A stretch of DNA of 64,000 bases from Planctomycetota bacterium (lineage in GTDB: Bacteria; Planctomycetota; UBA11346): contig PLEW01000056.1 in NCBI GenBank assembly GCA_003136555.1, positions 25,716 through 89,715 on the forward strand. The letters are read 5' to 3'. Of this stretch, positions 48,659 to 57,049 are shown one piece after another. Position numbers and translations under genes: made by a program. How positions within the stretch are numbered: the first letter of the stretch is position 1; each line of letters opens with the position of its first letter. Under the pieces are notes generated by a model. It made no database searches and was not told where the DNA came from. It saw only the letters and a list, made by a program, of their open reading frames with translations.

Positions 48659-50086
48659 TTAGGGGGTCGGCGAGTCGAGGTTCGGTTGGTTGCCTTGGCC
48701 CGGATTGGGACCCGGAGTCGTGGTCATAGCTGCTGGATCATCATCCCAATGAGCCCAGCCAGAGCCGCCCGAAGTGTCGTTCGGGTCTTTGCGTTGCATA
48801 CGCGCACCGCGCAACGTTGTTCCCAGGCCGAGGAAGGAGATCTGGGTAACGGAACCCGTGATGGAGCTGCGCCGATTGATTTTCGCCACGGCAACGAAAT
48901 GATCGCATTTCACCAATCGCCCCACGGTCGTGTAGACGCCTGGCCAGTTGGTCGGCTCGAGAGGCAGCAAGTTCTGCGGGAAGGCGGTATGCGCGAGGAG
49001 GTCCTGCAGACCGACAGCCCCCCACTGGACGCCACTGCCGCCGTTGAACGCAGTGTAGTCGCTGTCGAAATGCATGTAATGCCGCCAGAAGATGCCCGGC
49101 TCGCCTGTCGGATCGGCGGGAGCCCAGGGGTTGAAGTAGCCGAAGGACGTCGAGTAGGTCTCGCGGTAGATGCCGCACGCCGTGACTTGCCCGCCATCTG
49201 AATTACGAAACCCGCCCCAGGACCCCCATTGGGGCATGGTGGCCAGGAGACTCAGGCCGCCGGCGCTGGTCGAACCGGATGCCCCCATGTAATAGGCATA
49301 GAGGGCATTCGGGGGGAGATACTCGCACATGGCCTGGTAGCCAAGGGCGCCGAGGAAGAATTGAATCTGGTTCGGATACCAGAGATGGGGAATGACCATT
49401 GGAGGAGAGTATCCGACAGAGTAGCTGGTCGACGTTGTCGGATTCGTGACAGTCCACGAGTTGAGTGCCGGTGTCGCGGAAACATTCGAGAAGATGGCAT
49501 AGCGTCCGAAGAGGACCGACGGTATCGACGGAGTAACACCCCCCCAGCCAGAGCCGGAGGATTTTTCTGCCGGATTGACCTGGCACCAGGTGCGCGGGTC
49601 GCTCGGGGTCCAGGAGACCGTCGGATCGAATCCAGTATCCTTCTCCCAAGGATCAAGCGGATCGGTATCTTTCGCCGATGGATAGGGGCCAGGACGCGGC
49701 TTGATCTCCCCATAGGTCAACGGCGATCCCGCTTTAATGGCGCTGGGGGGATTCTCCTGATTGGCTCCGTTGCAGATGAGGGACATCGGCGTGAACGGCA
49801 TGCCGCTTGGAGAGTTGGTCGGTCCGGTATTCGGGTACCCACGGAGCTTCTGGTTGCTGGGATTGTTCGGATCATCGAGAGACGTCCAGAAATCGAGGTC
49901 ATTCTGCACCTGGAAGTAGCCAGCTCGCAGCATGGCGTTCTCGAGCGACAGCTGGTTCGAGACCGTGATGGCCTGGGATGCCGTGCGAACGCCGGCAAAA
50001 GCGGTATAAAGGATGAGAGAGCCAAGACCGATCGACAACATCAGCTCGATCAATGTGAAGGCACTCGTGGGACGATGCAGGGTCAT
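48659..50086 (-). CDS. Giant prepilin-type protein B1 (GspJ/PilW position)
   Basis: N-terminus MTLHRPTSA|FTLIELMLSIGLGSLILYTAFAG is a class III signal with Glu+5. The 475-aa body is unknown. It is a paralog of 55340..57040. Confidence 0.65.
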   Translation of the reverse strand: MTLHRPTSAFTLIELMLSIGLGSLILYTAFAGVRTASQAITVSNQLSLENAMLRAGYFQVQNDLDFWTSLDDPNNPSNQKLRGYPNTGPTNSPSGMPFTPMSLICNGANQENPPSAIKAGSPLTYGEIKPRPGPYPSAKDTDPLDPWEKDTGFDPTVSWTPSDPRTWCQVNPAEKSSGSGWGGVTPSIPSVLFGRYAIFSNVSATPALNSWTVTNPTTSTSYSVGYSPPMVIPHLWYPNQIQFFLGALGYQAMCEYLPPNALYAYYMGASGSTSAGGLSLLATMPQWGSWGGFRNSDGGQVTACGIYRETYSTSFGYFNPWAPADPTGEPGIFWRHYMHFDSDYTAFNGGSGVQWGAVGLQDLLAHTAFPQNLLPLEPTNWPGVYTTVGRLVKCDHFVAVAKINRRSSITGSVTQISFLGLGTTLRGARMQRKDPNDTSGGSGWAHWDDDPAAMTTTPGPNPGQGNQPNLDSPTP

Positions 50087-50095
50087 GGCAAGCCT

Positions 50096-52264
50096 TTACC
50101 GCAGGATCGCCTGGACGCGGGGATCGTAGAAGTTGAATCGTGCGACCAGCTGCGCCCGCAGGCGGACCGATCGTGGGACCGGGCCGCGATCGAGCACCTG
50201 ATTGTAATTCCGATCGGCACCGTACAGGCCGCTGAAGACTGATTCCTGCGTGGTGCCCGATCCCTGATCGGGTGCACTGTTCCAGGGATTATTGAGGATT
50301 TCCCAGCCTGTTGTCACGGTTCCGGTTGCCACATTTGCGGTCGGCTGCATGAAGAGTTCGCACTTCTCGGGATTGCGGAACGCCCACATCTGCTCGTCAC
50401 GGAACTGCATGTCTCCCATGCGCAGGTACATGTTCCGCTGATTGTACCAGGGTGGCCAAGAGCTGCCTGAGCCGTTGTTCGCGCCCCAGGAGGTGCAGCG
50501 GGGGGAACTCAGCGCATACTTGCTGGCATCGACGGGTGCGCTGGGCAGGGTCTCGAAATCCTCGTAGGACTGCCAGTCGACCGCCCAGAAGACGATTTCG
50601 CGGCAACGCTCAGCGGCTTTGAAGGGAGCCGCCAGCGTATAATGGTCGATGTTCCCGAAAATCGATCCATTGACCTGGGCGCTTGCGGAGCTGCCTTGCT
50701 GCATGGTCGCATCGAGTCCGATGATGCCTGCCGGGATCGTCCAGCTGGGGGACTGGGAAGAGGTGGCGTTCATCACCGGATACGTCTGGCTGACGCCGAT
50801 ATGCTGAATCGGCTCTGCCGACACCGGGCGCCATCCCACCGCCGGGGCATTTGGTTGCGAGCCAAAGACGGTGCCCACCAGCGGCGGAGACCACATGTCG
50901 CTCATGATCAGGGGGTAATCCATCATGATGGTACGGTTGGTCGGCCTGGGAATGGCCCAATCGTAGGGATACATGGCGCAGAATTGCATGATCAGATACA
51001 TCGCCCGTTCGTGGTAGTAGCGAATGCCCTGATCAAAGATGGTGATGGAGGATTGGCCGGCGGGAGGCATGCTGGTGAAACCATTCGCGGTCATAGGAGG
51101 GATGGTGACGCCCGAGTTGGAAAGATCCATGTGGCCGGAGGCCGTATCGCTGTAGGCGAACCAGGAGGTCAAGGTCGTGGCGGCATGGCTGAGGAAGCGG
51201 AAGGCCTGCACTTCCTTCCAGCGATCGGTTTCGGTGTTGGTCAAGAAGGGCGCATGGGCGTCCAGGGTCTGGACGTTGCCGGGCGAGAAGTAATCGGTTC
51301 CCGTGCCGAGCTTCTTCTGGAAATACCAGACCGCCGCCTGGGCATAGCCAATGGCGCCTGTCATGCTGGGAGCGACGCCCACATATCCGTCCGGGAAGGT
51401 GGTCGGACCATTATGATTCTGCAGTTGCAATCCGCAGGCATAGGGGAAATACCCGACGTGGACCATGCCGGGAACAAGCGGCCAATCGTAGACCACATGC
51501 ATGTCGGGATCGAGATTGCTGGGGATGGATTCCCAGGGAATGTCCCAATCCTCACCATAGTAACTGGTCGGGCCCATGGAGAGCGGGCTTGGCCATGGGT
51601 GATAGGACCAGTAGGCACCACCGGCTTGATTGCCATTCGGGGGGATCCACATGTCCGGCATGTGTGACGCGTTCAAGGGAGGCGACGGCATGGGGCAGAA
51701 ATAGGGCCAATCCTTCATCGCCATCATATGCAGGCAATTTTGCTGCGCATACCCAGAGACGGCAAAAATGAGCTTCTGGATGTCATTCGGCGGACTCGCC
51801 GGGTTGCCCTGCTCTTCCGTCTCGGTTGTAGCCATGGCCTGCGAGTAATAGATGTACCCGCCTTGGCTGAGCACCTGCTGGATCTCGTCGTTGTCGGAAT
51901 CCAGGCGCCCAGCCAGGGCGAGGGGAAGCGGCATGATGCCATAACGAGGCGACGACAAGCGCGCCTCCAGGTCCCAGGCTTGTGCCCGATAGCCACCCGA
52001 CGTATCCCATGGCATCAAACCTTCCGTATCAATCGAGGGATTGGCATTCGTGGTGGAAGTAAACGACTCGACCATTTCCTCGGCCTTGGCGGACGCATAG
52101 ATCTGGAATCGGGCCATTTCCTGAGCTTTGATGCCAACTGGGAAGAGCATGAGGACACTGACCACGCCGAAGGTCACCAGAACCAGGGAGATGGCGACCT
52201 CGAAAAGGGTGAATCCGCCCCGACTGGGGCTTGGAATACGTTTGGAGGGTCTGCACAGAGGCAT
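50096..52264 (-). CDS. Giant prepilin-type protein A1 (GspI/PilV position)
   Basis: N-terminus MPLCRPSKRIPSPSRG|GFTLFEVAISLVLVTFGVVSVLMLF is a textbook prepilin cleavage/methylation motif. The 722-aa body is unknown. It is a paralog of 57050..59308. Confidence 0.65.
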   Translation of the reverse strand: MPLCRPSKRIPSPSRGGFTLFEVAISLVLVTFGVVSVLMLFPVGIKAQEMARFQIYASAKAEEMVESFTSTTNANPSIDTEGLMPWDTSGGYRAQAWDLEARLSSPRYGIMPLPLALAGRLDSDNDEIQQVLSQGGYIYYSQAMATTETEEQGNPASPPNDIQKLIFAVSGYAQQNCLHMMAMKDWPYFCPMPSPPLNASHMPDMWIPPNGNQAGGAYWSYHPWPSPLSMGPTSYYGEDWDIPWESIPSNLDPDMHVVYDWPLVPGMVHVGYFPYACGLQLQNHNGPTTFPDGYVGVAPSMTGAIGYAQAAVWYFQKKLGTGTDYFSPGNVQTLDAHAPFLTNTETDRWKEVQAFRFLSHAATTLTSWFAYSDTASGHMDLSNSGVTIPPMTANGFTSMPPAGQSSITIFDQGIRYYHERAMYLIMQFCAMYPYDWAIPRPTNRTIMMDYPLIMSDMWSPPLVGTVFGSQPNAPAVGWRPVSAEPIQHIGVSQTYPVMNATSSQSPSWTIPAGIIGLDATMQQGSSASAQVNGSIFGNIDHYTLAAPFKAAERCREIVFWAVDWQSYEDFETLPSAPVDASKYALSSPRCTSWGANNGSGSSWPPWYNQRNMYLRMGDMQFRDEQMWAFRNPEKCELFMQPTANVATGTVTTGWEILNNPWNSAPDQGSGTTQESVFSGLYGADRNYNQVLDRGPVPRSVRLRAQLVARFNFYDPRVQAILR

Positions 52265-53257
52265 GGTCGGATCCGATGGGGAACGAAGGGCGTCGCTTAG
52301 TGGACGCCGTGAACAAGCAGAGCCGGACTCGGATAACGAACCGCTATGGCAGGTTCATGTTGATGCCGGCAGGACAGGTGTGCAATTGATGCAGGGGCCC
52401 ATGCAACCAAGAAGAACCAGCTCAATGAGATCCCTGGTCGCTGAAGTGTGGGAAGCACGGCAATGCGCATACGTAACGTTTCCTATACTCCGACATTGCA
52501 AAAGCTGACACGCAATCTGCCGTGATGCCTGGGTCGTGTGGCGCCGCCCCCCCGATGGCATGGGACTCACTCGACAGGGAGGACGAGCGGCTGGATGCTT
52601 GTGGAGCGTTGGGCGCCACGATGCCCTGATGAGTGGGTCAGCAGCCAGAATGGCCTTGGGAGTGTAACAGACCCGTGTCGCGGTAAGGGGTACAGTCCTG
52701 CCGGGGCAGGACAGGCTACACCCAGCGGGACCCCGCCCACAACAAGGGCAGCCCTTGTCGTGATGTGGCATGCCGCTGAACGGGGACAGGACGCAACGGG
52801 CAAGCGCAATGATTCGAGGTCTTGGCAGCAAGATCGCAGGAGATCAGTATGCCCACCAAGAACGGAGTACGCATTGCAAGCGACGGTATAGCGCTATTGG
52901 TATATTGCCAACCATACCAAGGATCAAGCACAGGTATCCGCTTAAGGACAGCCAGCTCGGTCGACCCGGTGCAGGTCGGTCCATGCCACGCCAGGCCTGC
53001 GGACAAAGGGAACTGCGCGCGAATGGGTTCCCAGGCGTAGCCGCAAGGCCCAGTTTACCACAGGCCACGTGGACGGTGCGCCCCCGGGTCGACAGTTCCG
53101 ACAGCTGTGACGCTGGGGGGTTCGGGTTGGGAACGGTCATCCTCGTTTATTTTTTAAGGCGCGCGAGACTTCCTCCAGTGCCCCTTCTGGTGCAGCCCAA
53201 TACGTTCGGCGGGGCGATGTAGCCACTCTCCCCATCAATTCGGGAGCACAGTGCTTC

Positions 53258-53738
53258 AATGCACGTCGAAGGATGGCACCTTGATCAACAAGGACCCGCG
53301 CGAACGACGGCCGAGACGTATGCCATGCCCACCGCACCCAGCGAGTGCCACTGCCGCCGGCGCAGCGGCGCGGAGCCGGAAGTTGATGGCTGGTCCTGGT
53401 GTAGTGGCTCCTCGGCAGGCTGTTGGGGGGGCATGACCTGTATACCCGGCAGGCCAAGAGATCGGGATCAGCGGGACAGGGGGCTGGTCCATGCTCGGTT
53501 CCGGCTGCTGCACGCGCCAATCCGGTGCTCACCGGGCGTGCCAAGCGCGGTGATCTGCCGCTCTCTCTGATCGGACCGTCCTCCAGCCCATTACCGTGAT
53601 CTTCACCATCGGGTAGGATGACATCCCGACCGTCCTCATCCACCTGATTAGCAATCCCAGCTTGGAGGTCGATGCCTCGAGCCACAATCTGCATATGCCC
53701 GGCAGCGGTACAGAGCCGCCTGCGTGCATGCTTTGCCT
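53258..53738 (+). pseudogene. mdtA' : decayed, internally deleted 5' fragment of the RND adaptor gene (duplication-junction relic)
   Basis: This stretch aligns to mdtA 60150..60447, then jumps to ~60913..61112. That implies an internal deletion of roughly 0.45 kb, plus a second smaller one. ATGATCAAC has become CTTGATCAAC. CAG has become TAG at 53614..53616 (GQDD -> G*DD). Track ORF 53137..53694(-) is its antisense shadow. Confidence 0.7.
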
Positions 53739-54078
53739 GGTCCTACAGCGTCGTGAGCGCCAGGGCAGCCCGCCCTCCAGGCGGTCTATAGAGGCCGATG
53801 TGCGCGGCATAAGCCATCGTGATCTCGACGATAGGAGCGGCGTTCAGATCGTGGGGGATGTGTGCCGTACCGGCGATATGACCGCTTTGCCACTCCTCCT
53901 ACGAGCGCACATCGATGACGTAGCGGTCGGTGATCTGGATGGCGCTAGGAGCTGGTACCCTGGCATCAGCAGTCTGGAATGCCTTGGCGCTGAGCAGCAG
54001 GACGACGATGACCAGCGCCTGCAGCGACGGGCTCGAAGCATCAAAGTGCTCGTGCCACAGTCAAGCTGCAGACGGCAT
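53738..54078 (-). pseudogene. Rhodanese pseudogene (copy of 46990..47394 lacking its 3' end)
   Basis: Colinear nucleotide similarity to the intact rhodanese gene. There is an in-frame TGA at codon 6 (54061..54063) and a TAG at 53899..53901 (RSQEEW -> RS*EEW). The active-site codons LYCRSGGR have become LYRPPGGR. The last ~20 codons are absent at the junction with mdtA'. Confidence 0.75.
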
Positions 54079-54107
54079 TCCTCTTCGGTCGCCGTACGTG
54101 AAGGCGG

Positions 54108-55343
54108 TCAGTAATAGGTCGGCTGCGTCTGCAGGCGCTCGATCCAGCGAATGGTACCGACCGGATTCTTCGCCCAGGTCTGAGTGCGTTGGGCCACGCT
54201 CCAGGTATGGCTGGCATTGGTTGGCAGGAGCAGGTAATGCTCCTGTATTGAGGTGGCTCCGGTCTGGACGTTCTGATAGGTCAATTCCATGGTCGCGGCC
54301 GACCATTCGATGCGATACCAGATTCGTATTTCGTCCTGGGCGATGGCCATGAAGGTGTTGGGGTCATTGTTGAACTGAGCCTGGGCGACGGCGCCCCCGA
54401 TAGAGCTGAGTTCGGACCAATCCTTCCAGCCCAGGGTACCGCCGGCGCCGCAAGTGATGACAAAGGTCTGCGGCCCATCGCGGTAGACACGGAACCAGGA
54501 CTTGCCCGCGGTCTGCTGCCGCGGCGTCGGATTGCCATGGACGAAATCGTTGAGTGTCGCGCCTTGCTGCCCGTCGTCATACAGAGCGGTCGAGATGGTT
54601 CCTGATGTCGATGACTGCGGCCAGCCATTGGACACCACGGGCATCGGATCGGGATACTGGGTGTATGGATAGCCGAAAGTCGCATCAGTAGGATTGACGT
54701 CGATCGGATTGTAGACGGCGGTGAGCTGGGTGGCGTAAGGAGGCCGTTGCATCACAAACATCTGGCAGATCGCGACGCTGCCCATTGCCGGCCAGTAGGG
54801 CCGTGTCCAGCCGTGTCCATCGCTGAGTACGGGCGTGTTGCTGTACGCAGCATAGGTGGAATAGAGGGTTCCGACCGGATTGGCGGTCTGCGGGCGGTAA
54901 TTGGGGCCGATCGATCCATCGCGCACATCGACCCACCCGTAGGTCTCCTGGTGCCCGGGCAGCGTGGCGGGGGATGGGGGCGTTATAGAGCCGCTGGTTG
55001 GCGAGATGACGCCGGTGCCATTGGGCAAGGTGACCGGCGTGGCATTGGGGACAGGGGAGTTTGGCGAAGGATTGCCGTAGTACGGATAATTGACATCCCA
55101 GCCGAGCCGCGAGGTCTCCTGGACATAGTTGCAGGCGGCAGCCAGCATGATCTTCGCCTGCGCCAATTGCATCACCACCCCTGTCTCCTCGGTGTCGCTG
55201 CGCATGCGCGCGAGGAACACGAGGCACAGGGTGGCGAGCAGGGCTGAGATGGCTGCGACCAGGATGAGAATGGTGCCGTGGCGTTGGTGTGACCTGCTGC
55301 GGATGAGAGGTGCGATGGGAGTCATGGGCATGTCAGCATTCAC
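54108..55343 (-). CDS. Giant GspK/PilX-like pseudopilin-type protein C2
   Basis: The GTG start overlaps the B2 stop (GTGA). N-terminus ...SRSHQRHG|TILILVAAISALLATLCLVFLARM has no Glu+5. It ends in QTQPTYY, like C1. Confidence 0.6.
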   Translation of the reverse strand: MNADMPMTPIAPLIRSRSHQRHGTILILVAAISALLATLCLVFLARMRSDTEETGVVMQLAQAKIMLAAACNYVQETSRLGWDVNYPYYGNPSPNSPVPNATPVTLPNGTGVISPTSGSITPPSPATLPGHQETYGWVDVRDGSIGPNYRPQTANPVGTLYSTYAAYSNTPVLSDGHGWTRPYWPAMGSVAICQMFVMQRPPYATQLTAVYNPIDVNPTDATFGYPYTQYPDPMPVVSNGWPQSSTSGTISTALYDDGQQGATLNDFVHGNPTPRQQTAGKSWFRVYRDGPQTFVITCGAGGTLGWKDWSELSSIGGAVAQAQFNNDPNTFMAIAQDEIRIWYRIEWSAATMELTYQNVQTGATSIQEHYLLLPTNASHTWSVAQRTQTWAKNPVGTIRWIERLQTQPTYY

Positions 55344-57040
55344 GGTTGCGTTTGGGGTGTCGGCGAGTCGAGATTCGGTTCGTTGCCTTGGCCCGGATTG
55401 GGTCCAGGAGCCGACGTCATGACTGCTGGATCATCATCCCAATGTGCCCATCCTGTTCCGTAGGTTGGGTCTTTGCGCTGCATTCGTGCTCCGCGCAGGG
55501 TGGTGCCCAGGCCGAGAAAGGAGAGTTCGACCGTGGCGCCCGTCAGTGGGTTGAGACGGCGGATCTTCGCTACCGAGACGAAGTGACCGGTCTTCACCAG
55601 GCGTCCAACGGCGGTCATGACAGTCGGCCAGTTCGTCGGCTCGAGCGGAAGCATCGATTGCTCAAAGGCGGTATGGGCGAGCAGATCCTGCAGGCCGAGC
55701 TCTCCTCCATTCGGTCCACTCCCTCCGCTGAAGGCGGTATAGTCGCTATCGAAATGCATGTAATGCCTGGGAAAGATGCCGGGTTCGCCATTCGGATCGG
55801 GCGGAGCCCAGGGATTGAAGTACCCGAAGGAGGTCGAATAGGTCTGCCGGTACATGCCGATGGAGGTGATCTGGTTGCCGTCCCAATTGCGAAAGCCCCA
55901 GTAGGGACCCCAGCCCGGTTGGGTGCACTGCCGGGACATGCCGCCAGCAGTACACGGAGTGCCCCAGTCCCATTCGTTGGAAGGTTCGTGCCCACCTGTC
56001 GGAGTGTAGTTATAGTTGGGCGCCCCTGCATACTGGAGACCGGTCATGCCCGACGGCTGACTCATATAGAAGTTATAGATGGCATTGGGCGGCAGGTACT
56101 CGCACATCGCCTGGAAGCCGAACAGGGTCAAGAACAGCTGGATCTGGTTAGGATACCAGGTGTGCGCTATCAGATTCGGAGTTTTGTAGGTCACCATGTA
56201 CGGGATGTCTTGCGGCGGGGACGGTGGTGGGGGGTTGGAGCCGGAGTTGGGCAGCGAGTAAGCTTGCCCGATGAAATTGAGGTTCCAGCCGATCTGCCAG
56301 GAACCGAACGTGACGGGTTGGCTAGACGTATTCGGGAGCAGGTTCGAGAACAGGCCGTATCGGCCAAAGGTCACCGGTGGGACGAACGACCCATAGGGCA
56401 GCGGGGTGGTGCCCCAGTAATCCTGCTTGCCGTAATTGGCATCCAACGGATTGGTGTCCCAGCCTGGGCCATTATAGGCGAGATCCTTCTCCGCCATGTT
56501 CACTCGGACCCAGGTGCGAGGGTCGGAGGGTGAATACGAGACCGTCGGGTCGAAGAAGGTATCGGCCTCCCAGGGATCGCTGTAGCTAGGGATCGGACCA
56601 AAGAGATACCCTGGTGGGCGCGGCTTGATCTCGCCGTAGGTCGTCGGGGAACCGGCGGTGATGGCCGGCTGTATGGTCGGGCCGCGCAGCGTTATGTTCT
56701 TGACGCCATTAGCCAGATTGAGCATGGACATGGGCGTGAACGGATTGCCGGGGATGGTATTCGAGGCGGATACGGACCAGGTGCCCCCAGTGGGGCGCAG
56801 CTTCTGATTGGAGGTGTTGTTGGGATCATCCAGTGAGGTCCAGAAATCGAGATCATTTTGCACCTGAAAGTAGCCGGCGCGCAGCAGACTATTCTCCAAG
56901 GAAAGGCTGTTGGCGATGGTGATCGCCTGCGATGCCGTGCGGAAGCCAGCGAAGGCGGTATAGAGAATCAGCGTTCCGAGCAGAATCGAGATCATCAACT
57001 CGATCAGCGTGAATGCGTTCGTGGTGCGATGGTAAGCCAT
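55340..57040 (-). CDS. Giant prepilin-type protein B2
   Basis: N-terminus MAYHRTTNA|FTLIELMISILLGTLILYTAFAG. GAGG lies 6 nt upstream of the ATG. At 566 aa it is longer than B1 through internal insertions. Confidence 0.65.
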   Translation of the reverse strand: MAYHRTTNAFTLIELMISILLGTLILYTAFAGFRTASQAITIANSLSLENSLLRAGYFQVQNDLDFWTSLDDPNNTSNQKLRPTGGTWSVSASNTIPGNPFTPMSMLNLANGVKNITLRGPTIQPAITAGSPTTYGEIKPRPPGYLFGPIPSYSDPWEADTFFDPTVSYSPSDPRTWVRVNMAEKDLAYNGPGWDTNPLDANYGKQDYWGTTPLPYGSFVPPVTFGRYGLFSNLLPNTSSQPVTFGSWQIGWNLNFIGQAYSLPNSGSNPPPPSPPQDIPYMVTYKTPNLIAHTWYPNQIQLFLTLFGFQAMCEYLPPNAIYNFYMSQPSGMTGLQYAGAPNYNYTPTGGHEPSNEWDWGTPCTAGGMSRQCTQPGWGPYWGFRNWDGNQITSIGMYRQTYSTSFGYFNPWAPPDPNGEPGIFPRHYMHFDSDYTAFSGGSGPNGGELGLQDLLAHTAFEQSMLPLEPTNWPTVMTAVGRLVKTGHFVSVAKIRRLNPLTGATVELSFLGLGTTLRGARMQRKDPTYGTGWAHWDDDPAVMTSAPGPNPGQGNEPNLDSPTPQTQP

Positions 57041-57049
57041 GCAGACCTC

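Larger units (their letters stand above)
47058..53738. repeat. Tandem segmental duplication, copy 1 (rhodanese-C1-B1-A1-long leader-mdtA' fragment)
   Basis: Manual nucleotide alignment shows gene-for-gene colinearity with 53738..61112. Boundaries are approximate (plus or minus ~10 nt). Confidence 0.75.

Noticed and set aside
52265-52520. Search for sigma-54 (TGGCAC-N5-TTGC) or sigma-70 promoters upstream of A1 and A2 (also 59309..59560).
   Set aside because: I found only partial matches with wrong spacing, for example TGGCAC at about 59749 without a -12 element and TATAGG/CATAGG without a suitably spaced -35. I will not call a promoter without TSS data.
52625-52631. CUGAUGA, the hammerhead-ribozyme core heptamer, in the long leader upstream of A1.
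   Set aside because: No complementary stem II, no GAAA core element and no plausible stems I/III surround it. It is a chance occurrence.
53137-53694. 185-aa minus-strand ORF that could be taken for a small gene between the two modules.
   Set aside because: It is the antisense of the decayed mdtA' fragment. The region aligns at nucleotide level to mdtA on the plus strand.
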